Shown here one piece after another: positions 21,010-30,790 of a DNA stretch of 64,000 bases. Location: positions 256,001 to 320,000 of the forward strand of contig JAWLHY010000002.1 in NCBI GenBank assembly GCA_041690135.1. Direction: 5' to 3'. The notes under the pieces were generated by a model. The model made no database searches and was not told the origin of the DNA. It was given only the letters and a program-made list of their open reading frames with translations. The translations under genes were made by a program, and so were the position numbers. The first letter of the stretch is position 1. Each line of letters starts with the position of its first letter. Source of the stretch: Armatimonadota bacterium (GTDB lineage Bacteria > Armatimonadota > SYMT01).

Positions 21010-21426
21010 ATGATTACCTGCAAATCGTTCGCATTCACGGTCCGTGGCGATGTGAGTCAGATATCCGGTGCTCGAGGTAAGTTGCTTGGCCGCCTGGCTT
21101 CGAGTTCCCTCACAGCCCAGCAGGCTGACGACCTGGTCAGCGCCGTCTCGGAACTTCTGGCCCTGGTGTTTGCCGCACCCGAGGGTCGACCTGCGGAGAT
21201 TGCTATCAACGGAGTGGAACTGGGCTCTCTCGTGCGGGTGACGGTCAGCTGGTTGGACGCACCTCTTTCCCCGGGCTCACCGGACCCTTCTCCCTTCGCC
21301 ACGGCCGAAGCCACGCACCGCTTCCTGTCGGAAACCTACGTCGATCGGTGGAGTTACACGCAGGATCAGGGCCGTTCCCAGGTCATTCTGGAAAAGTACC
21401 CGGTACCTGACATGTGCCAGCGCTAA
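21010..21426 (+). CDS. degenerate RsbW/SpoIIAB-like anti-sigma factor
   Basis: ADDLVSAVSELL helix, VRVTVSW, YVDRWSY...VILEK match the HATPase_c_2 layout; the N-box Asn and GxG box are absent. Confidence 0.55.
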   Translation: MITCKSFAFTVRGDVSQISGARGKLLGRLASSSLTAQQADDLVSAVSELLALVFAAPEGRPAEIAINGVELGSLVRVTVSWLDAPLSPGSPDPSPFATAEATHRFLSETYVDRWSYTQDQGRSQVILEKYPVPDMCQR

Positions 21427-21933
21427 AGGTCTCTTGACCTGTGACGTCCCTGCCGGGTTCGGGTTCAAAAATATTCTGAGGCCTTCGGGTGCGCTCTCGT
21501 CCACCGATAATGGCAGCTGATTTGTGCGTGTTCATACAACATTAGTACGAGCGGGCGAGCCTTCGGGTAGGAAACAGATTGGCTTGGAAACTGCCGTTGG
21601 GAGGTTGCTACTCCCAGCCCCGAGGGGCCGACGGTATCTCTCGGGGCCGCCAGGCCCTACACCATAAGTGTCAATTTGTGGCAGGTACGATCTTCCCCCT
21701 CGCCGCTTGCCGGAAACCGGATTCCTGCTGGGTCCGGGCGATCAGACAGGGTGGGATGGCGGTGGTATTGGAAGGGGAATACAGTAAGGTGTTGTCGGAA
21801 GTCGCTCCACACGATGCCACCAATCCGACTCCCCTCCAATGGCATCACGTGAGTGCAGGATCCGGAGTGAAAGCTATGCCCCTCTCAGTGGGAAGCGGAC
21901 CGGTGGTAGACTGAAAAACGCCGCAAAGGCTCA

Positions 21934-22089
21934 ATGACCGAGGAAGAGTACCAGGAGTTGCTCCAGCGGTCGGTTGAGCTTGAGGAATGGAATGCCCCCC
22001 GCCTGGGCTTTCTCGTTCAATTCACCGCGCGAGGCATCGCAGCCGCCAAGGAGTTTGCCAGGGCCGAGGATGCGATCCGCGAGGCCTGA
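21934..22089 (+). pseudogene. possible gene remnant (51 aa)
   Basis: MTEEEYQELLQRSVELEEWNAPRLGFLVQ resembles the C-terminus of small helical antitoxin-like proteins; no clear RBS. Confidence 0.3.
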
Positions 22090-22384
22090 AGAGTAGGGAA
22101 TGGGATGCCATTCCGTCGTCGGTGAAGCAGAGCCCATACGTCAAGCCGAACCGGTCCAGAACCTTTGTTGCCACGAGTTTGCAGAACGGGATCAGTTCCA
22201 GTCCGGCGGAACGCTGCGGCCCTAACTTCGCCGGGAGTATGAGACGTCCTCTACCGCTACCACCTGCCCAACGTTGTCGAATTGGCTCAGGTCCGGCCCC
22301 TCCCCCGGATGTGTCCCGCCGTAGCAGCGGTCCGATCTTCCCCCACCGGAAACACCCGCCATGGCTGGGTCTCGGAAAGGTCCC

Positions 22385-24511
22385 ATGTACGATAGCTCGT
22401 TCTTGCCCAGGGCGCTCCTGGAGTTTGTCGTCCTCTCCGATACGCACTACGTGAGCCGGCCGGGCACGGCCACGACGGAGTTCCCTTCTCGATTGAAGCA
22501 GTCCGGAAGGGCCGAGGCGGCGTTCCGGTTCGCGCGGGCGCTCGACCCGGCGTTTATCATCCACCTCGGGGATCTCGTCCAGGAATACCCGGAGTCGCCC
22601 GGGTTTCCGCAAGCAATCCGCCTCGCCCAGGAGCAGATGGAGCGGTGCGGCGTGCACCCATTCCTGGTGGCGGGCAACCACGACGTGGGGGATAAACCCG
22701 ACCCCACCATGCCGACGGAACCGGTGACGCCGGAGAGCCTGACCGCCTATCACGCCCGGTTCGGCCGGTCCTGGTACAGCTTCGAGCGGGCCGGCTGCCG
22801 GTTCGTCATTCTCAACTCACAGATCTTCAACACCGGGCTGCCGGAGGCGCGGGAGCAGTGGGACTGGCTGGAAGCGGAGTTGACGGAGCACGCGGGCCGA
22901 CGGATCTTCCTGTTCCTCCACATGCCGCCCTACCTGGTGGCGCCCTCGGAGCCGGCCCTTGGCCACTACGATCTTCTCGACGATCCGGACCGAAGTCGGC
23001 TGCTGGAGCTGCTCCGGCGATACCCGGTCGAAATTATGGCCGCGGGTCACGTGCACTTCGCGTTCTACGACCGGCTGGGCGCCACCCGCTACCTGGTGGC
23101 CGCCTCCCCCGCGTTTACCCGCCCTGGCTTCCCCCACCTTTTCACGGCCGCCCCGCCGCCCGAGAGAGGCCGGGACGACAGCCCCAAACTGGGTTTCTAC
23201 CTGTTCCGCGTGCTGGAGGACCGGACCGACATTCACTTCCTGCGCACGGGAGGGGAGGAATGGGGAGTGGAGGGTGGAGAGGCGACGGTGGAGGGTGGAG
23301 GGGAGTTGGAGGGTGGAGAGTGGAGGGGGAAGCGGACGCCGGCGATGGGTGTTTCTACAGAACTCCGGCGGGTAGTGACGCGGGTCCCCGCCGGGCTGCC
23401 TTCTTCCTCGCTGGGCGTGACGCTGCGGGCTCCGCTGGCGAACCTGGTGGAGATCCCGGCGGCGTGGCCCGCCATCGTCCGCGAAAGGGCCCGGAACGAT
23501 TACCCGCTGCTGGCATGCCTGGAGATGGGTGTGGGGCAGATCCGCTTTCCGTGGACGGACCTGGACGACCCGTTCCAGCGCGAGCGGCTGCGGATCCTGC
23601 GCCAGGAGAGTGTTCGCCTGGTACCGACCTGGTTCGGCCGGGACCTGGGTGAGTTAATCCCGTACCTTGAGCGTCACGCGGGGGCTGTGGATGGTCTGGA
23701 GATTCAAATTGCCGCACCCTCGGGTCGTGCTCTCCCGGACGCGTCCACGCTTGAGGAACTCCAGCGACTGCGCGACCGGAGCGAGGTTCCGCTTTGCCTG
23801 AGCTGCGTGGCCCCGCGGGAGACGATTGCGGGGAAACAGCACCCGCGGACCCGGATTGGTTTCACAACGGAAGAACTGGGGCTGCTTTGCGGGCTGTTGG
23901 CGGACAGCGGTTGGGCACGGGTGCTCTGCCGGGTGGCGGCGGATGTGGCTCCTTGGGACGAAATGGCTCACGTGCGGCAGGCGCCGGCAACGCCGTTTCG
24001 GGTCGACAGGCGAGTCGAGCTGGCCACCGAAGACGACTTTCTCCACGCGAACCGCGTGGCGGAAGCGCTGTTTGCCGCCGCCCTTTCGCCCGGCACCCGG
24101 GTGTACCTGGACCCGCTCGTCGATCTGGATCGTACCATGGATGCCTGCCATGGCCTGCTCGACCCGCTCTGCAATCCGCGCCCCGCTTTCCACGTCGCGC
24201 GCATGCTGACCACCCTCCTTCACGACCTTCCCGCGCCCCGCACCCACGCTGTAGTGCGGACCACCGAGGACCTCCGCATCCTGGAGATCGGTCTGGCGAC
24301 CGGCGCACGCCTTCTGGTCCTGCCCCAGCACCCGGACGTGGCCGCGCGGTCCGTCCTGGAGACCCTTCCCGAACTCGAGCGCGGCACACTGCGAACCTTC
24401 CACCTGACAGAGGGCACGGTAGTGGACGGCTTCGCAGTTTCGGATGCTGAAGAGCGTCTCATGAGCCCCCTTCTGGTCGAAACGAAATGTCAAACCGCAA
24501 AGGCGGAGTGA
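22385..24511 (+). CDS. calcineurin-like metallophosphoesterase with a large C-terminal domain
   Basis: SDTH, HLGDLV, AGNHD, FLH, AGHVH motifs; RBS GAAAGG. Confidence 0.85.
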   Translation: MYDSSFLPRALLEFVVLSDTHYVSRPGTATTEFPSRLKQSGRAEAAFRFARALDPAFIIHLGDLVQEYPESPGFPQAIRLAQEQMERCGVHPFLVAGNHDVGDKPDPTMPTEPVTPESLTAYHARFGRSWYSFERAGCRFVILNSQIFNTGLPEAREQWDWLEAELTEHAGRRIFLFLHMPPYLVAPSEPALGHYDLLDDPDRSRLLELLRRYPVEIMAAGHVHFAFYDRLGATRYLVAASPAFTRPGFPHLFTAAPPPERGRDDSPKLGFYLFRVLEDRTDIHFLRTGGEEWGVEGGEATVEGGGELEGGEWRGKRTPAMGVSTELRRVVTRVPAGLPSSSLGVTLRAPLANLVEIPAAWPAIVRERARNDYPLLACLEMGVGQIRFPWTDLDDPFQRERLRILRQESVRLVPTWFGRDLGELIPYLERHAGAVDGLEIQIAAPSGRALPDASTLEELQRLRDRSEVPLCLSCVAPRETIAGKQHPRTRIGFTTEELGLLCGLLADSGWARVLCRVAADVAPWDEMAHVRQAPATPFRVDRRVELATEDDFLHANRVAEALFAAALSPGTRVYLDPLVDLDRTMDACHGLLDPLCNPRPAFHVARMLTTLLHDLPAPRTHAVVRTTEDLRILEIGLATGARLLVLPQHPDVAARSVLETLPELERGTLRTFHLTEGTVVDGFAVSDAEERLMSPLLVETKCQTAKAE

Positions 24512-24569
24512 GGATTGAGGAACGGCATCCGCGGATAACAAGCGATAGGAAAACGGGCCTGGAATAGGG

Positions 24570-25673
24570 ATGGGGGATACGGAGATGCGGATGCGCACGG
24601 GACAGGTAGTGCTGGGACTACTGGCAGTGGCGGCGGTGGGGACGGCCGGATCGCTGCCTCGACAGGCAGAGGCGCGCGGAGCCCAGGCCGAGGCTCCGGC
24701 GAAGAAGAAGACCGTCATCACGCTTGACGATCTGGCTCGCCAGGTAGAGAGCGACGGCCTCAAGGGCACGATGCACGGCGCTCGCCACCCGCTGGGCACG
24801 TACGTTTTCACCTGGTACCACCCGGAGGACTTCTTCCAGAGCCGGCAGTTCTCCCTGGCGCCGGGAAGCGAAGAGGTCGCACGCCAACTGTCCACCCTGG
24901 ACCGGCACCAGCAGGTGACCCTGCGCGGCCGGTTTCTTCGCAACGGCGCCGCGCAGCCGCACATCCGGGTCGAAACCCTCACCCCCGGTCCCAAGTGGGA
25001 TCCCGGCGTGAAAGTCTCGCCCCCGCCTGCTCCGGTGGGCAACCTGCGCGAAACGCTGCCCCGTGAGGGCCGCATCCATGCGATGGTCCACGCCCTGGAA
25101 GAGACCGGCGACGTGCTGGTCATCGAGTACCAGGAAGCCGTGCTCCCGGTGCGGGTGCCCCAGAACGCCGCGCTGCGGAAGGCGGTGGGGAACCTCTACC
25201 GGGGGGACCGGATCGAGATCGCCTACCGGGTTGCGGAGTTTCCGAGGCGCCCCATGCACCTGGAGCTTCTCCCCACCACGGAGGGGGAGCGCTCTGCCCT
25301 GGTGGTCACCGACCGCATCGCCGCCCAGCATGAGAAGCAGCGGACGGTGGAAGGTCAGCTCGTCCTCTTCCCGAAGAGCCCGGTTCTCAGCCGCTCCCTG
25401 TGGGGCGTGGAGGAGAAAGGCCCCGATGGCCTGCACCGCTACTTCACCATCTTCAACTTCGAGGACCTGAAAGACCAGGGCAAGATCGATACGCTGCTCG
25501 ATGGCGCCTGGAAGGGCACGCCGGAGGGCGTGATCGACGGGCGCAACAAGTATATTCACACCGCCGTGCGAGTGCGGGTGAGCGGCCTGGCCAGCAACCC
25601 CGCGAAGAACCAGGCTAACCCGACCCTGATCACCGACTCGACGCGGGTCACCGTGTTGCCTGCGGCGGATTAG
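24570..25673 (+). CDS. secreted hypothetical protein
   Basis: Signal peptide ending AEA; beta-rich repeats reminiscent of OB folds. Confidence 0.75.
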   Translation: MGDTEMRMRTGQVVLGLLAVAAVGTAGSLPRQAEARGAQAEAPAKKKTVITLDDLARQVESDGLKGTMHGARHPLGTYVFTWYHPEDFFQSRQFSLAPGSEEVARQLSTLDRHQQVTLRGRFLRNGAAQPHIRVETLTPGPKWDPGVKVSPPPAPVGNLRETLPREGRIHAMVHALEETGDVLVIEYQEAVLPVRVPQNAALRKAVGNLYRGDRIEIAYRVAEFPRRPMHLELLPTTEGERSALVVTDRIAAQHEKQRTVEGQLVLFPKSPVLSRSLWGVEEKGPDGLHRYFTIFNFEDLKDQGKIDTLLDGAWKGTPEGVIDGRNKYIHTAVRVRVSGLASNPAKNQANPTLITDSTRVTVLPAAD

Positions 25674-26159
25674 TCTCTTATCAGTGCACCTCTGCGCAAA
25701 ACATACAGTGGGTGTCGTTTGGGAAAGCTAGCGCGCGTCATTGCGAGCCCCGACCGGACCGCCGCTAGGCACGCCTGCGGTGCTTTTGTGTGGGTCGCTT
25801 TCACGTGCGAGGTCCGTCCTCTGCGGGGCGTGGCAATCCCCCTGGTGACCGCAGCGGGGCTTGACTCCCGTCCGTCACCCTCCGGCCCACAAGTTCCGCA
25901 GCGAATTCTGCAAAGCGGGCGAACAGGGCGAAGGTGGCGGCGCGGAGAGCAGGGGGATTGCCGCAGTCGCTAAGGCTCCTTCAATGATGTCCTCTCCGTT
26001 GTACATACGTATCTCTGACGATGCCTCTCCAACGGAACCGTACTCGGAGCATCCCCGCGCTCCATTCCAACGACAACATCGCCCGGCAGATGACGTCTAC
26101 ATGGGAGGTCTAACATTCCGGAAGTCTCCCCCCTCCGGATCCGTCTGTCGGGAACCTCG

Positions 26160-28019
26160 ATGCGCGAACGCCTGCCGTACCACTACCTCGCCCTTTCCGT
26201 CGTCAGCCTGCTCCTTCCGCCCGCTCATCTGGCCCACGCCCAGGCCAGTACGACTGCCGCCCCGTCTCCCGCGGCGACCGCGGCACTGCCGGACCTGAGT
26301 GGGTTTCGGACCGTGGACACGGCGCTCCAGACGCAGATCCGGCCGGCGGCAAATGGGCGTACCATGCCCGGTTACCTGGGCGTGCAGGTGGAAGCAGACG
26401 CCAAAGGTCGGATGGTGGTGACCGAGGTAGCGGACAACTCCCCGGCGGCGGGCGCCGGTCTTCAACCGGGCGACCTGCTGTTGAAGGTCGCCAACCAGGA
26501 GTTCCCCACGGTGGGGGCCTTTCGGGACTGGCTCCGCTCCCGCTCGCCCGGAGAGTCCCTGGCGTTGCTGGTCCAGCGCGGAAAGAAGAAGCTGAACCTT
26601 ACGGCGGCGCTGGTGCCCGTGAGCCGTCCCCGGAGCCCCCAGCGGGCGATCCTGGGGATCCAGGTGGAGGACGAAACGGACGGGCAGGGCGCGGCGATCC
26701 GCCGGGTGACGCCGAACTCCCCTGCGGCCGGTGCCGGGATCCGGCCGGGCGACCGGATCCTGAAGCTGGACGGAGCCGCGCTCCCGGACGGCAACCGCCT
26801 GATCGATGCCCTTTCGGAGCGGCAGCCGGGCGAGACGGTGAGCCTGTGGCTGAAGCGAGAAGACCGGGAGATGGAGCTCAAGGTCCGGCTTTCCGCCGCG
26901 CCGGAGTTCGAGGCCGGGGAGCGGGAGCTGCCGCTGTTCCGGAAAGAAGTCTACCGGCTGGCAGTGATCCCTATCGCCTATCCGGACACGGAGCCGAACA
27001 GCACCATCGCGCTGAAGGACTGGGAAGAGGCGCTGTTCAGCCAGGGAACCTACGCGAACCGCAGCAGTGCTACCGGGCAGCCAGTGTTCGGCAGCCTGAA
27101 CGACTACTACCGGGAGCAATCGAACGGCAAGCTCCGGGTCGAGGGAAAGGTGTTCGATTGGGTCCGCGTGAGCAAGAACCGCGATGCCTACGCGCAGGAC
27201 ACCGGCCGGCGCAGCCGCGGAGCCCTCTTCGGGGAGGCGCTGGATCTGCTGCTGGCCCAGGACCCCAACGCGCTGGTGGGGTACGACGGCCTCTTCTTCC
27301 TCTATGCGGGCGACCGGTTCCGCACCTCACGCGGCGGGCTCTACTGGCCGCACCGGTCCACCGTCTCGCACCGGGGCCGGAGCTGGCCCTACTTCATCGT
27401 CCCCGAGGGCGGGCGGCGCATGACCGATATCAGCGTCATCTGCCATGAATTCGGTCACCTGCTGGGCCTGCCGGACCTCTACGCCCGCCCGGAGAACCCC
27501 GGCTCGGAGGGGCTGGGCGCCTGGTGCGCTATGTCCAACCAGGCGGGCAACGGTCGCCCGCAGCACATGAGCGCCTGGTGCAAGGAACAGCTCGGCTGGT
27601 TGAAGCCGGCGGTGATCGATCCTACCGTCAAGCAAAAGCTGATCCTGGGGCCGGTCAACGGCTCCGGCAAGGAGTGCTACAAGGTGCTGGTCCGCCCGGA
27701 CGGCAGCGAGTACCTGCTGCTGGAGAACCGCCGCAAGACCGGCTTCGACGCCAGCCTTCCGGGAGAGGGTCTGCTGATATGGCGGGTGGTGGTGCGCCGG
27801 CCGGTGCTGGAGGAGTCGCACGGGGTGGACGGCCCCGCCGGTCCGCGGATGTATCTCGGCGCCGTTCCCTACCCCAGCAGCGCCAACGATGCCTACACTC
27901 CGTACACCCTCCCCTCCAGCCGCTCGCAGCTCGGCGGCGGGCTGCCGGTCCACATCACAAACATCCGGCAGCTTCCGGACGGGCGGATTTCGTTTTACCT
28001 GGGGTACGAGTTCGACTAG
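26160..28019 (+). CDS. M6 (immune inhibitor A) family metalloprotease with two PDZ domains
   Basis: Signal peptide, two PDZ domains (YLGV/ILGI...SPAAGAG), SLNDYYREQS, HEFGHLLGLPDLY, Met-turn WCAMS. Confidence 0.92.
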   Translation: MRERLPYHYLALSVVSLLLPPAHLAHAQASTTAAPSPAATAALPDLSGFRTVDTALQTQIRPAANGRTMPGYLGVQVEADAKGRMVVTEVADNSPAAGAGLQPGDLLLKVANQEFPTVGAFRDWLRSRSPGESLALLVQRGKKKLNLTAALVPVSRPRSPQRAILGIQVEDETDGQGAAIRRVTPNSPAAGAGIRPGDRILKLDGAALPDGNRLIDALSERQPGETVSLWLKREDREMELKVRLSAAPEFEAGERELPLFRKEVYRLAVIPIAYPDTEPNSTIALKDWEEALFSQGTYANRSSATGQPVFGSLNDYYREQSNGKLRVEGKVFDWVRVSKNRDAYAQDTGRRSRGALFGEALDLLLAQDPNALVGYDGLFFLYAGDRFRTSRGGLYWPHRSTVSHRGRSWPYFIVPEGGRRMTDISVICHEFGHLLGLPDLYARPENPGSEGLGAWCAMSNQAGNGRPQHMSAWCKEQLGWLKPAVIDPTVKQKLILGPVNGSGKECYKVLVRPDGSEYLLLENRRKTGFDASLPGEGLLIWRVVVRRPVLEESHGVDGPAGPRMYLGAVPYPSSANDAYTPYTLPSSRSQLGGGLPVHITNIRQLPDGRISFYLGYEFD

Positions 28020-28103
28020 GAGGGTACGGTTGCTTCCGCGGTTGCGCGTCCTGCATCCCTCCTCGTACAATAAGGATAGGCGCGAAACGCCGGGAGGAAG
28101 TTA

Positions 28104-28808
28104 ATGATGGCCATCGCACCCCCCATAACGCAACCATCCCCGTCCGCGATCCCGCCGCTGGAGAACGGCGACCACCTTACCCGCGACGAGTTCGAGCGCC
28201 GGTACCAGGCGATGCCGGGGGTCAAGAAGGCGGAGCTCCTGGAAGGAATCGTCTACATGCCATCTCCCGTCCACTTCCGGGGGCACTCCCGGCCACATCA
28301 GGATATCAACGCCTGGATCGCAGTTTACCGGGCGGCAACTCCCGGATTACTGAGCGGAACGGACGGATCCGTGCGGCTGGACGTGGATAACGAGCCGCAG
28401 CCCGACGTGTTCCTGTTTCTTCCCAAATCGGCAGGAGGCCGGGCCGAGGTCGATGCGGACGACTACGTGGCCGGCGCCCCCGAACTGGTGGTGGAGGTGG
28501 CGGCGAGCACCACCAGCCGGGATCTCCACGTGAAGCGGCACGTTTACCGCCGGAACGGGGTGCGCGAGTATCTGGTGTGGCGCGTGCGCGAGCAGGCCGT
28601 GGACTGGCTGGTGCTGCGGGGCGGCGAGTTCGTCCCGATGGATCCAGGACCGGACGGCATCCACCGCAGCGAAGTCTTTCCGGGTCTCTGGCTCGACACT
28701 GCGGCCCTGCTCCAGGGGGACCTTGCCGGGGTGCTCCGCGTGCTGCACCAGGGTCTCGCCTCTCCCGAGCATGCGGATTTCGCCGCGCGGCTTGCTGCCA
28801 CGGAATAG
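28104..28808 (+). CDS. Uma2 family endonuclease (DUF820)
   Basis: LENGDHLTRDEFERRY, EPQPD, PELVVEVA, YRRNGVREYLVW. Confidence 0.93.
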   Translation: MMAIAPPITQPSPSAIPPLENGDHLTRDEFERRYQAMPGVKKAELLEGIVYMPSPVHFRGHSRPHQDINAWIAVYRAATPGLLSGTDGSVRLDVDNEPQPDVFLFLPKSAGGRAEVDADDYVAGAPELVVEVAASTTSRDLHVKRHVYRRNGVREYLVWRVREQAVDWLVLRGGEFVPMDPGPDGIHRSEVFPGLWLDTAALLQGDLAGVLRVLHQGLASPEHADFAARLAATE

Positions 28809-28823
28809 GCCAACCCTTTGTGC

Positions 28824-29300
28824 CTACCGCCGCTCGCGCCGCTCGCGGCGAGCCCGGACCAGTCCCGCCAGCACCACTTCGGCCCGCTCCCTGGTCCCGT
28901 AGCACTCCACCAGCGACTGGACCATCTCCGGGTGCGGTAGGACACAGGCACGACACGCCAGAAGGGTACGGAAGGCCTCTTCCAGCCCGGCGCCCTCTTC
29001 GTGCAAGTAGGCGGCCAGTACGGTGGGTGAGCGGCTCATTCCGCGCCCGCAGGTAACGAGCACCTTCCGCCCCCGGGCCCGCTGTTCCCGGATCAAGGCG
29101 GCGCCGCGGCGCAGGATCTCGCTCGCGACCGGTTTGCCGTCATCGAACGGCAGGTGGAGGACCTCCGCGCAGTCGGGAACCGGCGGGTTCTCCGCGTCCG
29201 GCCAGTAGATCTGCAGCACGGCTTCGATTCCCGCCTCCGGGAAGGAAGCCGGCCAATCGCCTACCCCCGCCAGGGCGAGGTCGTCGGTGATCCAGTCCAT
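28824..29300 (-). CDS. dual-specificity protein phosphatase family
   Basis: CX5R loop VTCGRGMSRS and an upstream acid loop FDDG. Confidence 0.85.
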   Translation of the reverse strand: MDWITDDLALAGVGDWPASFPEAGIEAVLQIYWPDAENPPVPDCAEVLHLPFDDGKPVASEILRRGAALIREQRARGRKVLVTCGRGMSRSPTVLAAYLHEEGAGLEEAFRTLLACRACVLPHPEMVQSLVECYGTRERAEVVLAGLVRARRERRERR

Positions 29301-29431
29301 GGTTTACTCCTGGGGCGGCAGGTCCGGGGCGCGGGTGCGGGCAACGTTCAGATGGCCCGGTTCATGATAAACCCACCGGCCCCATCCGGCATCCAGCGGG
29401 AATCGTGTTGCGTAGCGAGGGAGATGCGAGA

Positions 29432-30193
29432 ATGCCAGAACGGGAAAAGCCGATCCGGGATATCCGCTTCTTCGAGCGGGCCGCGGACGGTTCGCAGGAC
29501 GGAGAATTGTTGTCGGACTACTTAGGGAAGGTCTATCCGCTGGTGGAGCCTCGCGAAGCCGTGGCGCTGGGGGTCCGCTACGCTCTGCGGCTGGCCGAGC
29601 GCGGGTTCCGCACCCGGGGCTACGATCATCTCTACGTGGCCCTCTCTCCCACGCTGCCCGCGGGGGAAGTGCGGGCTGCCGTCGAGCGGATCGAGCCCTG
29701 GATGCAGATCGTGGAGGTGGGGGTCCCGCTGGATACCTGGCCACGGGAGACGGTCGAGGCGCAGGACCGGTGCCTCCTGCGGGCGGCCACCCTGGCGCTG
29801 GAGCATTTGTCCGCGCTCCAGGAGTGCGATGCCGGCGTGCTTCCGGAGGTGGAAGCGGAACTGGCGGAACGGGGGACGGCCGTGGAGATTACCCGCCTTG
29901 TCAAGGAGACGGCCGCAGGCACGCTTCGGGTCACCTACCAGGTGCTGCCCTACGGAACGCCGAGCCCGGTGTTCGTGGAGTACCACGAGCACGCCACCGG
30001 CCGGAGCGGAAAAGTCGAGGCGATGCGGGTGCAGGATTCCGAGGACGTCTTCCCCCTCATCGCGACCGCCGGCATCTCGCGGGGGATGGTCACCCTGAAG
30101 CCCCGCGCCTCCTTCCGCGCGAACCTCACCACCCGCAACTACAAGACCCCGATCCAGATACCCCTCTCGCGGGTGCTGGGTGATCCGGCCTGA
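29432..30193 (+). CDS. hypothetical protein
   Basis: ORF with RBS GAGGGAG and typical codon usage; no family assigned. Confidence 0.65.
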   Translation: MPEREKPIRDIRFFERAADGSQDGELLSDYLGKVYPLVEPREAVALGVRYALRLAERGFRTRGYDHLYVALSPTLPAGEVRAAVERIEPWMQIVEVGVPLDTWPRETVEAQDRCLLRAATLALEHLSALQECDAGVLPEVEAELAERGTAVEITRLVKETAAGTLRVTYQVLPYGTPSPVFVEYHEHATGRSGKVEAMRVQDSEDVFPLIATAGISRGMVTLKPRASFRANLTTRNYKTPIQIPLSRVLGDPA

Positions 30194-30210
30194 AGGGCGG
30201 CGCTTACAGA

Positions 30211-30780
30211 ATGACCGAACGAGAGAAGATGCTGGCGGGGGAGTTGTACCTCGCCTCCGACCCGGAGTTGGTCGCGGCGCTCAAGCGGGCTCGCCGCCTC
30301 TCCCGCCTGTACAACGCCACCACGGAAGAGGAACCGGAGCGCCGGGTGGAGATCCTGCGGGAGTTGCTCGGCGCGGCCCACGCGGACACAGTCATCGAGC
30401 CGCCGTTCCACTGCGACTACGGGTCGCACATCTATCTGGGACGGAAGTTCTTCGCCAATTTCGGGCTGATCGTTCTGGACTGCGCCGAGGTGCGGATCGG
30501 GGACCAGGTGATGCTGGGTCCCTCCGTTCAGATCTACACCGCCACCCACCCCGTGGATGCCGCCACGCGCTGCGCCGGCCCGGAGCTGGCCCGCCCAATC
30601 ACCATCGGGAACCGCGTGTGGATCGGCGGCGGCTCGATCCTCTGCCCCGGCGTCACCATCGGGGAGAACACCACCATCGGAGCCGGAAGCGTGGTGACCC
30701 GGGACATCCCGGCGAACGTGGTCGCCGCCGGGAATCCCTGCCGGGTCCTCCGCGAGCTTTCGCCTCCCGCGGGAGGCTGA
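30211..30780 (+). CDS. maa: sugar (maltose) O-acetyltransferase
   Basis: MTEREKMLAGELY, PPFHCDYG, hexapeptide repeats, GNPCRV. Confidence 0.9.
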   Translation: MTEREKMLAGELYLASDPELVAALKRARRLSRLYNATTEEEPERRVEILRELLGAAHADTVIEPPFHCDYGSHIYLGRKFFANFGLIVLDCAEVRIGDQVMLGPSVQIYTATHPVDAATRCAGPELARPITIGNRVWIGGGSILCPGVTIGENTTIGAGSVVTRDIPANVVAAGNPCRVLRELSPPAGG

Positions 30781-30790
30781 CCTGGGGACA

